NCBI GenBank assembly: GCA_964057225.1
Contig: OZ059900.1
Coordinates: 6,882,001 to 6,946,000, forward strand
DNA length: 64,000 bases
Direction: 5' to 3'
Source: Auanema rhodensis
Lineage: Eukaryota; Animalia; Nematoda
Under the pieces are notes generated by a model, which ran no database searches, was not told where the DNA came from, and saw only the letters and a program-made list of their open reading frames with translations. Both the position numbers and the translations under genes were made by a program. The first letter of the stretch is position 1, and every line of letters begins with the position of its first letter. This document shows, in pieces, positions 25,436 through 36,822 of this stretch.

Positions 25436-26804
25436 TTTCCGTAATGTTCAAGATGAATAGTTCAATCGAACGTGTTAATGTAAAGCAGAACAGAAACAAA
25501 GTTTTCTCGTGAAATATCTGGAAAGCCGCGAAACATATAATGCAATTACGAATCAATAAAATATGAATCATTTTAGAAGCGATACATTTATTATAATTGT
25601 AAGTCCTACATGTTCCAGCTATAGTTTGATATAAGAAATGTATAAAAGAATGCTCGAAATTTCAATGAAAAAAATTTATTCTAAGAAAAAAAAATAATTT
25701 GTGTATACTCGTCTCATATATATTTCACATAGTATTTTAGAAGAGCTTCTTTCAGAATAAAATATATTCCTTTTAGATGCTATTTGAAAATGTGTGGAAT
25801 GACAGCGTGGTTTAAACGTGGTTTAAGCTGAAATCTATTCTGTTAAAATAAGGCAAAGAGGATAAATTATAGCTTTTATCAAGATTAAACAACACATAAC
25901 TCATTTAAAGCAATGAGATCATCAAAATTACTAACTAAATCTTCTTTAGAAAAAAACTCAGTATACATGTAAATCCCTGACAACTACTTGTCATTCGCAG
26001 GCTTTTCATTACGAATTAGGTTTTAAGCACCAGTCTTAGAGCTCTATGTAATCGTTTTTAGAAGGAATATGAAATACTAATCTTCGAATACTTGATTAAA
26101 TTCAATCGCAATATCCATCATTAGAATTTCTTTACTTTAGTATTATAGAATAGGTCGGGGCTAAGAAGATAAAAATTTGTCATGTTTATCTTATGTATAA
26201 CTATATGTATTCAATAAATTTATTAAAGATTTATAATGGTATACAATACTATGCACAATCTTGAGAAATCTATGAATAAATATAGTTAGTACCAATAATT
26301 TTTGATATACACGACTGAAAATGGTAATAATGGCTTCATACAAGCTATACTCATTACATATATGGGTTGTCAAGGGGGAAAATGGCTATTAAGATTTTCG
26401 TAAGATGTTTTCCTTTTTTTTTTTTAAAAAAGAAATAAGGAATGTAGGTTTTTTTTTGGATTGCAATACGAGGTTGTTATGTAATAAAGGTATCTAAGCG
26501 ACTTTATGTAAGATATAGCATGTAAGCATATAAGCTAACATGTTTATAGTGAGAAACAAATCATTTTTTACATTTTTGTTTCCTTATTTGTTATTTAGAA
26601 CAATTGTCTTTCAACATTTTCTTACTTTTTTTGATCAGTTTTGTTTATTATCAATATGTATATTCAAATGATATTTCTAGTTGAGTAATTATTTCAACTT
26701 AATTGAAGTTGAAAAAATAATTCTTTTCAAGAAAAAAGTCCATTTTGCCCAGTACCCCTTTTTTTCAAATTTCAACAATTTTCAAATAAAAATACAATAA
26801 TTAA

Positions 26805-27353
26805 ATGACTTTTGATGAATCCGGAGGATTTGCGAGTTTCAAAAACGATATGAAGCCTCAAATGTAGCCCTCGAAGAGCTTGGCAAAGTATTGGAGATCC
26901 AGAATTTCTGGGGAATCTTTATGAGAAACACTTTACCAAGACTAATCAAAGAAAAAGAAGTAGGTTTTGTAATTTTGGATACTTCAAACAATAAAGGTAC
27001 TCATTGGGTCTGTTATTCTAAAAATAAATGAAAACTTTACTTTTTTAATTCCTTTGGACTTGGCCCACCTTTAGAACTTTAAGAATATTCAAAAGGAAAT
27101 AAATGAAAACTTTACTTTTTTAATTCCTTTGGACTTGGCCCACCTTTAGAACTTTAAGAATATTCAAAAGGTGAATCTTCAGAAAGGAAGCTAGCTGACG
27201 CTAAAGATAGAGATAAAAAAAAACTTTCAACGTTTCAAATTCAAGATTTTGATCATCATCATCAATCAAGATCATTGTTGTTATTATTGTTTACTCGTAT
27301 TGAAATTATTGGAAAATAATGACTACAAAATTATTATTTTTATCATTAATTGA
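26805..27353 (+). pseudogene. Maverick adenain-like cysteine protease (PRO) pseudogene
   Basis: Reads MKP/SNVALEELGKVLEIQNFWGIFMRNTLPRLIKEKEVGFVILDTSNNKGTHWVCYSKNK*KLYFFNSFGLGPPLEL*EY...STFQIQDFD/HCCYYCLLVLKLL. The GTHWV, Y-F-[DN]-SFG..PP and Q......C..YC motifs of Polinton proteases survive, with two stops and frameshifts. Confidence 0.9.
27022..27171 (+). repeat. Perfect 75-bp tandem duplication inside the protease pseudogene
   Basis: 27022-27096 equals 27097-27171 (AAATAAATGAAAAC...TATTCAAAAGG). Confidence 0.97.
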
Positions 27354-27384
27354 AAACATAAGAATCAAATAATGATAAAAAATT

Positions 27385-27671
27385 AATGAAAGATATTTCA
27401 TTATTTCCAAAAGCCAAAGTTTCATGAGTGTTTTTGAAAATATAGCCTTTATATTCATTTGAAATTCTTCATTATTCATGCGACTTTATTCTGACATTGT
27501 GTAAAAACTTGTTGCTTTATAGATCTAATGCAATACTGGACTTTTCTAATCACATTTTTATTAAAAAGACAATTTTTGAAATCTTCAACTCTTGATTGAT
27601 TTTTGAAAACATTCCTTTTGATTTTTGACACCTTTGCTCTTCTTAACTTCTTCTCCAGGTTGGATTACTTC
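27385..27671 (-). pseudogene. C-terminal fragment of Maverick protein-primed DNA polymerase B
   Basis: Reads EEVKKSKGV/KRNVFKNQSRVEDFKNCLFNKNVIRKVQYCIRSIKQQVFTQCQNKVA/...KGYIFKNTHETLAFG. This matches the pPolB C-terminus pattern KK.KGV K..V K.....EDY..CLF......Q..IRS......T...NK.AL....KR.I......TLA.G. Confidence 0.85.
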
Positions 27672-28581
27672 TGGAAAATCATTACTTTCTTATGGTCAAA
27701 AAACGGTTTTTTTAAGAAAAGACAGATTTTCATTAGGTTACGACAGATTTTGATGATTTTGTGCATTAAAATAGTGAAAAAGGGTTAAAAAGTGAGAATG
27801 AGCAAAAGGACCGTCTAGCCCCAACCTATTCTATACTACTTACTTCATTTTCGTATGGCAGTTTTTGTTAAAACAACTTTTTTTTCTTGAAAAGAATTAT
27901 TTTTTCAACTTCAATTAAGTTGAAATAATTACTCAACTAGAAATATCATTTGAATATACATATTGATAATAAACAAAACTGATCAAAAAAGTAAGAAAAT
28001 GTTGAAAGACAATTGTTCTAAATAACAAATAAGGAAACAAAAGTGTAAAAAATGATTTGTTTCTCACTATAAACATGTTAGCTTATATGCTTACATGCTA
28101 TATCTTACATAAAGTCGCTTAGATACCTTTATTACATAACAACCTCGTATTGCAATCCAAAAAAAAACCTACATTCCTTATTTCTTTTTTAAAAAAAAAA
28201 AAGGAAAACATCTTACGAAAATCTTAATAGCCATTTTCCCCCTTGACAACCCATATATGTAATGAGTATAGCTTGTATGAAGCCATTATTACCATTTTCA
28301 GTCGTGTATATCAAAAATTATTGGTACTAACTATATTTATTCATAGATTTCTCAAGATTGTGCATAGTATTGTATACCATTATAAATCTTTAATAAATTT
28401 ATTGAATACATATAGTTATACATAAGATAAACATGACAAATTTTTATCTTCTTGAACTTAAACAGAAAAATATTACATAAATAGCAATGTACGTTTACTA
28501 CACATGAAATATGGCATTTCTTATCATATTAAATGTAAAGGAGAACAATAGATTACTTAAAGTTAATATTGATAGTAAAGG

Positions 28582-29566
28582 TCATACCTGAAAATTTTGA
28601 ATAATCCTCAAAAGTTTTATTGTAATCTTTAAAGCTTCAATTCAATAAACTTATTCATCGCACCAGCTATCTATTCTTCATATGTTGGATTTGCTTTACT
28701 AATAAAGTACATACATTTTAAGAGAGATGCAAATTTTGAAATTTTGTTGCGATTAAAACGAATTCAAAAACAAAAACAGTTATACATAAAACATAAGATC
28801 AAATATATATTATGAGAATAGTAATGAAAAAACTTTTTTAATTTCATAATTATAAATATAAATTATATTTGATTAAATAAATTTCTTATAAACAATATAT
28901 GTTTGATAATATACATTATATGATCATGTAAACTCGTGTGGTATAATCAAACTGTGGAAAATCTTATGAAATCCTTAATGAAATCTGTACTCTACATTGC
29001 TCAAGTGATCCACCTACCTCATTATTCTCTTGAGGAATATTGGAATTGACGTCAACTACAACAATATGCATTGAAGATGCATCAGCTCTGATTTCTGATT
29101 AAAAGGCATGATTAACTAATTATATTATTATGATTATGTATATACCATCATTGTTTTGTTGTGTCTCATCAATTGTAGCAATAAAACGATTAGGTATCAT
29201 TTCATTACCTATTTCATGCTCTTCACGAATAATTGGCATATTATAATTAATATGATGAACTTGGCATAATTCTATATTATCTGAATCTTGGCGTGTTGCA
29301 CATCCGATAGCTTCAGCTATTCGCTTTTTCGTTTCCGGCCAACATCCCGTAACCCATATTACAAAGCAGGTAGGGTATGCAGCTGCTATCAGAATAGCTA
29401 TGAAAAAATGTGAAATAAGACAAAAAAATCAAAGTTTGCAAACACTATATACACATAAGAAAAGCTAAAACTAAAATAGTTACTTACTGACACATAGGCA
29501 GATCAGGAAAACTGTCCAAAATTCATCTTTTCGAACGAGTAAATCAAACATTTCACGATTTCCCAT
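28582..29566 (-). CDS. Small orphan single-pass membrane protein
   Basis: Reads MGNREMFDLLVRKDEFWTVFLICLCV|TILIAAAYPTCFVIWVTGCWPETKKRIAEAIG...|EIRADASSMHIVVVDVNSNIPQENNE|V*, with GT-AG introns in frame. The final micro-exon is uncertain. Confidence 0.6.
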
Positions 29567-31767
29567 GAATATTAGTGAACAATCTATGACGATATCCAAC
29601 TAATGAATGAATGAATCTGCCAGAACTCATATATAAATGTAATTGTTGTCATGGTTTCCAATTTTAGCTATATTCTCATGATGGTGTCAAGTTATTGAAT
29701 CACATCTTCACGCTGTATTAATTAAAGATGCTTAACGAGTATGCGTAAAGCTATAAAACAAACGTTCAAACCGCCATTGTTCATTCAACAGGAAAAATAA
29801 AAATTTCGCACGTAATCTCAAAGACAAGATAACTTAACTGTATGTAATGTGCACACTTCATTCGAGTTTGCAAATATTTCAGATATAAGAATGACAACTA
29901 CTAGAGTTGATACAGTGGGTGTATGATTGGAACAAGTACTTATTTCATTTGACCACAATAAATCTTTAAGAAAATCTTTCAAATTTTATTGACAATACAA
30001 TAATAATTTATGTAGCTGCTAATGGAAAAAATCTTGTATTACAGGCATATCTCACATGACAAAGCTCTATTAAAATTCCATATTCAATATCGTTTCATAT
30101 TACCTGACACGATTGTAGTCGCCAATGGCATGATGACCTCTTGATCGCATAGTTTGAGGTCAAATCATTTTATACTATCACATTACTTTATATACCTAAT
30201 TCTCATTTTTCATGTTTAATGTGTTTAAATTCAGTTAAAGCATTTCTCTAAATTAAATTTTTAATTTTTTTATGAGAATTGCTCGTACAATTGTATTTGA
30301 ACAACTGCTCAACATCTGTATCAATACTCATAAACGTTTATAAATTAAAAATTGGTTTTAACCTCATTTACAAAATAATTAAAAAAAACTTTGTGTTCTT
30401 TCATAAACTAAGTATATTTATGAAATAATTATTTGATCTCAAGATTCAAAACTATGATGAGATCTATATCGTCTTAGATTATGTCATTGGCATTCATCTA
30501 TTGATCAGTAATATCTTATTTAACCTTCACATGCACAATAACCTTCAGTTTTATTTTTACTCATTGTATTTACTTCTATTGATTTTTTTACTCATTTTTT
30601 CTTCAAAGTATTATAATTTTTAACATATATGTTATATAGTTGATTAACATTTTTTAAAGTTTATAATAGTATTAGTAAATAATGCTATTCATAGGTTACT
30701 TAGTCATCGTATCATCATGTCAACAGGGATTATCCAGTGTCGGTATTCATTCTTGCCGTCTCTTTTTGATTATTTATGCGAAAGTTCTCATTAAATGACA
30801 TCACAATCCTGTATCGAGTCCGCAGAATTCTCTTCATCATCTTTTTCTCTCTCTCTCTTTATCTCTTTCTTGTACCCTTCTCGCCATCGCTCTCTCTTTT
30901 TATCTATATTTTTTCTTTTTATTTCTTTTGTTCGTCTTGTCTCTCATTCTTGCAAACCATGATTTGTTCCACATCCTTTGAAAAGAGGACTGGTTATTTC
31001 CTTTAATCCAAGCCGGTCACTCCTCTACCTGTTCCTCTCTGTCTTGCTGCAGTCTCTTATTCACGGATGCTTATGCGTCTCTTTGCATATATGCACTCAG
31101 TGATAATCTCTCACAATGTCTACTCACCGCCTCTCCAACCTCTGATGTGTCTCTGCTTCGAACAGTTTCTCTGTTACACTCCATGAAAACTGTACTATTT
31201 GCAAAAACGATCGTCATTCTCTTTATTCTCGTTCGTTAGCAAGTGTCCCATGTTCAGACAAACTTTGAAGAAAGTTTTCTTTAGAATACAGAATTATTAT
31301 ATTCTATATTCAAAGTAACAGATGACACATTTCAATATGCTATTACCTTTATTGATGATGAAAGTTAAGTTTGTTATTGCGCCTTTGTGCCCAAATACAA
31401 AGTTCTTTTCCAATGTTCTTGAACAATGTCATGTCATATGTTGTATATGAATGATTTTTGTGTCCTAGATAAGCAACTTATTCTTATCTCTACTTATTTT
31501 TAAACACTTCACGTATCATTAAATGTAAAAAGAAGGAAACTGGAAAAAATTAGGATCTCTAGAGCAAACGGGATGAACAGTCATTTCGTTAACATTGGCG
31601 GAAATATTGTATTTGTTTTCGGTTCAATTGTTACATTTTCCCTTTTTTTCCGCTCTCTTTTTGTTCTCAAAAACCACCTTGTCATATTGTGATCAAACAT
31701 TTAAAGTTTTCTTTTTTCTTCTTGGTCAAACATTTTGATCTCAAAATATCAATTTTTAGACCATTTG

Positions 31768-33928
31768 ATGGGCGACACAGCACAAAAACGCGTAGTTTCA
31801 ACTCTGGTATTAACTTTAATAATCGATTTATTGGCGTTCACGTGTATATTACCTCTGTTCCCATCAATTTTATCATATTATGCTAAGAATAATAACAATG
31901 TAAGTAAATATATTGTGAATTGTTATTATTTCGAATATAATATTTTTATTTTTATTTATTTATAGGATATTCTTTATGAGACATTAACGTCAGCATTGAA
32001 TTCATTTCAAACAGCAATCGGTGCTCCCATCAATGAACGATATAACTATGTATTCTTCGGAGGTGAATTCATTCAAACTTTATTTTTTACAACATCATTC
32101 TCATCAAAAACTTACAAAAAAACATCTTTTTTCAATATAATAAGCATATATATATAATTTAAAAACATGAAACAATGTATAAACGATTCAAATGCAGGTG
32201 TTCTCGGATCGTTATTCTGTTATCTGCAGTTCTTGTCTTCACCGACACTTGGAGCACTTTCTGATGTCTATGGAAGGAAACCAATGCTTTTACTGTCTTG
32301 TCTTGGCAGTCTCTTATCATACGTGGTATGCATGAAATTTCATCTTTAAATTTTGATATTTCATAGATTATGATACCTACGTATAGATTTTAGAGCAAAA
32401 ACTTTAATTTCACGTCATTATAATGACAAAAATTAAACGATAGTCCTTAGATTATATTTTAAATTATCAATTAAATGACGTTTTTTTCATACTTTTTTTT
32501 GTAGCTCTGGTTAAATGCTAGCACATTCACCATCTTTTTTATTTCTCGGATTATTGGGGGTTTGAGTAAAACCAACACAAATGTCGCTACAGCAATGATG
32601 GGCGATATCTATCGGGGAGATCAAAATCCGAAAGGAATGGTAAACGTAAAATAAAATATATTTAATTAACTTTATTTTAGGCTTTGATAGGAATTTCATA
32701 TTCAGTTGGATTTCTGGTTGGACCTATGATTGGAGCATATTTTTCCGTTATGGCCAAACAGGAAGCTTTCTTTACTTTACCAGCTAAATTTGCCATTGTT
32801 CTCACCATTATTCAATTTATAATCATTTCTCGTCTTCCTGAAACTGCTGATTTCAAAACTACAGTAAATTTTCTAATTTCCTTTTTTTCATGCGTAAAAT
32901 CCATCTAATTTTAGAAAAGCCGATCAAGCGTATCGCAAAAAGCTTACACATTACTTTCTCCACAATCTCTATTTAAATTTGACGCTGTCCAAAGTACAAT
33001 TGAAAGTAGGAATTTAATTTAATGCAGCTTAAAAACGTAATTTTATCTTTTTTTACAGAAAAAAATGAGATGGAAAAGTATGGAATTGTCTACTTTTTAT
33101 ATTTATTTCTCTATTCTGGTCTTGAATTTACCTTACCGTTCTTGACTCATATTCGATTTAACTATAATAGGTATGTTATGGATAGTTAACAAGAGAGTAA
33201 CCTTTTACTATATTTTTAGTATTGACCAAGGAAAAATTTATCTTTTCACTGGATTATTGATGCTATTTATACAGGGAGGAATATCAAGGCGTATACCAAT
33301 TGAAAGGTATTATTCTTTTTTTTTTTTGAAATTTTATTTATATGATTTATTTCAGACAACAAAAATTAGCACAAATTGGAATGTTTCTGTCAATTCCGGC
33401 TTTTCTGGTAATTGCTATTGCTACTTCTGTTACTGTTTTCAGTATTGGATTGTTCTTCTTTGCAATTGGTACTGTGAATTTTCCAATGCATTGAATGATG
33501 TTATCATAAATTTACTTCATTCCAGCTTCTGCTACTGTTGTTCCAGCACTAACATCTTGTTTAACAAATATCAATACGGATGATTCTGAAAGAGGAGCAT
33601 TAGTTGGAGTTTTTCGTAGTATTGGATCTCTTGCTCGAGCAATAGGACCAATTATTGCTTCCTCAGGTAAGTATAAGTACCCAAAACGTATATATTTCTT
33701 CAAAAAGAAGAAACAAAACAAAATGCTCAAGCTATAGAAATTTTATGCTGTATGATTTTGATTTCACTTAAATCATCACATTTTACTTGATGACCACAAC
33801 TAATATATTTGATTTCAGTTTTCTGGTTGGCTGGACCAACAACATGCTACTTGATTGGTGGAATATCTCTTACCATTCCTCTATACCTCTTGAAGTCTTG
33901 CCTTGTTCCTGCTAAGCGGAAAGAGTAA
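31768..33928 (+). CDS. MFSD10: MFS transporter, MFSD10/TETRAN (tetracycline-transporter-like) orthologue
   Basis: Contains IIDLLAFTCILPLFPSIL, GVLGSLFCYLQFLSSPTLGALSDVYGRKP (MFS motif A), GFLVGPMIG, YSGLEFTLPFLTHIRF and GVFRSIGSLARAIGP. A TTTTAG trans-splice-like site lies just upstream of the ATG. Confidence 0.92.
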
Positions 33929-36040
33929 ACGTTTGTTCTAGTGAACTTACTTTCTCACGAATTCCTTGTATTTCTATCAAGGTTGTAACATAATGTATTA
34001 CTTTACTCACATTTCACACATTTTTGAATGGGTTTTGATGTCATTTTTATGTATATACATATATATTAATTATTCTTTATTTATACTTTTCTCTGTGAAA
34101 TTATTGCAAAATACTTTTCTTTAAGAAATATATAAATATATAAATATATGCCATCGGCTTTTTATTGTCATAAGTATGATGTTTATGCAGTTTTCTGTCT
34201 CTTAAAACTCGAAAAAAAGAAAAAAAAACTTTAGTCACATGTCCTTATATTCTCATGTGAACATTTCGTTTCAAAATGACGTACTGGAACATAATAGTAG
34301 AGTTATTCCCTCGGAACCAAATTTGTTTGAATTCAATGAAGTTTCATTGAAAATACATGATATGAAGTTCAAGCTCAGAAGAAACTCTGACAGTGACAAG
34401 TACGAATCATTTGATTGTTTCTCTTTGCATTATTGGCACCAGAATCGATGAGGTGTTAACACATAATGTGATGATATACCATCAATCCATCATATCACTA
34501 GTTGTAAAGTTCACTATTCATTGGCAGCAATTTTGAACAAAAAAATATATCTTCCGCTCATTTTTCCGCACAATTTTACAAATCGTTTGCTGGGATATGT
34601 TTTGTTTGCTGTGGATGATGAACTTTTTACATTTCTTACAACATGATACTTCAGGAAATTCTTTTTTTTTCTCAACTCACTTCAAATGATAACTTATGAA
34701 TGTTGTTTAAAATTACAAAAAAAAAATGTCCGTTATTCATGAAAACTTCATATTGTTGAGTACCAGATTTTGAATACTTTGTTGTTTTATGTGCATGAAG
34801 ATGTTTAATGCTCATTCACCAAATAATTGCTTTCAAATCGTGTTCACTTGTTCTTCAGCATTTACTATTACAAACTTTATATAATTTATTCTAAATTTGA
34901 TGCTCACATGTGCTGAACTTGAGAAGTAGGTCATGGTACAATAGAATATCTATTTTAGAATTCTTTCACAGATGTTAGATAGAATTTCATGTGTATGCTT
35001 TATAGCTCCCTTTGTCTTCAAAAAATCATATTCAAACATCTTGTCGAACATAAACAAAATCCTTCTTCACATTTGAGTCTGCCTTCCTTCATCAGGTGGC
35101 ATATGGTGCAATTTCATATCCGCAATTTTTCATTTTCTTTGTTGTTTTTTGTTTTAATATCTTGAAAATTTTTGAACTAAAAGTAATTTTATTACACATG
35201 CACGTTCAACTTCATTTTCGACACTCGTAAATAACTCGTAAACTTACAAAATATTGCCTTAGGAATAGCTAGTTGATCCACCTGATCATCATGAAGTTTG
35301 CAGCTGTAAAACAGCATTTTGTGTCTGAAATTCAATTTATTTTTCTCATTTCTTTCTATGTACTTATTTTGTAAATTTCTGCATTTTTCTGATTACCAAT
35401 CCGACTTTCTTGTTCAAGCTCATCATGGCCCACTTACTTTAAAAACCTTCTTTCCGCTCATTCTTTCTCTTGCTCTCTCGACCGTTCACTAACTATCTGG
35501 TTTCAAACCTCTTTCACTCTTATCCCGAGACTCAACTGGTAGCACGCTATTTCAGCATGCTCTCCAATCTTCACATGCTCGAGGGAACATAGATGAGTAG
35601 GAGAAAGAAACAAGCAGAAAATGGGACAGAGGCTAGACATTTATGAGGGCAAAACTCTGTGTATTTCGACAAACGATGAGATGAGAACGAAAGAGCTGAA
35701 AAGGAAGAGCATCTTCCCAAGAACTACGGAAAAGATGGACAATTGAGAGAGTATGAGAGAAGTAGACACATGAGTAGTGAAAAAGATGTGAGAGTAAAAG
35801 AGAGTGGCTACTAGATTGATTTCAGTTGTTTGCCTATTTCCATTCGTTATAAGTCCCTTAAGGAAACCATGTCTAAAGCGTTGTTTTCTTTTTTCATTCT
35901 CACGTTCTATCTATTCATTCGATCGTTCACAAATTTATTGTGTATCAAAAACCCAATCCTATTTCGAGCATGCTTTCTTCTTTGCTCATATGATGCTCAA
36001 GATTAAGAGAGAAAAAGAATAAGTGAGAGCATAAACAAAC

Positions 36041-36041
36041 G

Positions 36042-36074
<33 letters not shown>

Positions 36075-36095
36075 GAGAGAGAGAGAAAGAAAGAG
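36041..36095. repeat. (GA)n-rich microsatellite upstream of the tweety gene
   Basis: Direct reading. Confidence 0.9.
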
Positions 36096-36822
36096 AAAAA
36101 AGGAGAGTGGGGGTAGTCCATTGATGTCTTTTGTGCTAATTGACTAATTGCATCGCTTAGACAGCCATCTACACGTGAATTGGTGTGACATGGCAAGCTA
36201 ACTGACAGCTTTTAACAGAGTACGTATGCTAGTACATTATGCTTTGACATATTTTAATAAATCGTAGATAATGTCAGATTGTAGTCCGTGCAGCTTTCTG
36301 CATGTATATAAAATATAAGAGACAATAGACAGCTGAAATTGTACTTTGAATGCCAGTGTGCCACCAAGCATGCAACATATATTTCCTACTTTTATGTATA
36401 TCTAACTATAAATTATATACTATATATTACATATAAATTTATGTTATTTCATTCGTTGACAGAATTTTTAATCAGATTCATAAGCCCATATGCTGTAGAA
36501 CTTTGCATCTATACTTTTGTCTTTATCTTCATCTTTCTGGCATATTATATAATAAAATCGTTAGAATTACCAAAAATGCTTATAATACGAATCTGACTTT
36601 TGTTTTCTATTCAAAAAAATCTTAGATGTTTCACCGATAAGACTAGATTAATTAACTTATTTCACGCCTCGTCATTCTTTTTTCTGAACACCATTGATCA
36701 AATTGAAACTCAGTGCTACATCTGTTATGTGTATTTCAACAGTTTTTTTTTAAATTTTCTTTGATTTCTCATATTTTTATATTTTAAGGTTGGTTTATTT
36801 GATTCATGATTAATGCAAGAAG

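Larger units (their letters stand above)
26139..27840. mobile_element. Internally deleted Maverick/Polinton relic
   Basis: Left terminus AGTATTATAGAATAGGTCGGGGCTA (26139-26163) and the reverse complement of 27816-27840, AGTAGTATAGAATAGGTTGGGGCTA, match 23/25 and begin with the Polinton-type AGTAGT. Flanking 6-mers TACTTT and TACTTC fit a 6-bp TSD with one mismatch. Decayed protease and pPolB fragments lie inside. Confidence 0.9.
26163..28453. repeat. ~575-bp near-perfect inverted duplication (26163-26737 vs 27880-28453)
   Basis: The arms are reverse complements. I found only one substitution and one homopolymer indel. This explains the identical ORFs 26191-26373(-) and 28243-28425(+). Confidence 0.97.

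Noticed and set aside
27022-27171. CRISPR-like repeat
   Set aside because: Two abutting copies with no spacers, in a eukaryotic genome.
26191-28425. Identical 60-aa ORFs at 26191-26373(-) and 28243-28425(+) as duplicated genes
   Set aside because: TTG-initiated, AT-rich chance ORFs inside the inverted duplication, with no protein features.
26163-28453. Reading the 575-bp arms as the TIRs of a 2.3-kb foldback transposon
   Set aside because: No TSD or transposon-type termini at 26163/28453. The right arm lies outside the true AGTAGT terminus and TSD, and the left arm interrupts the real TIR.
30131-30168. ATGATGACCTC...GAGGTCAAATCAT hairpin as a C/D snoRNA or miRNA
   Set aside because: No suitably placed D box, and the stem is too short for a pre-miRNA.
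35115-35317. Possible two-exon micro-gene on the minus strand after TTTCAG-ACACAAAATG
   Set aside because: The spliced frame stops at under 40 codons with no recognisable features.
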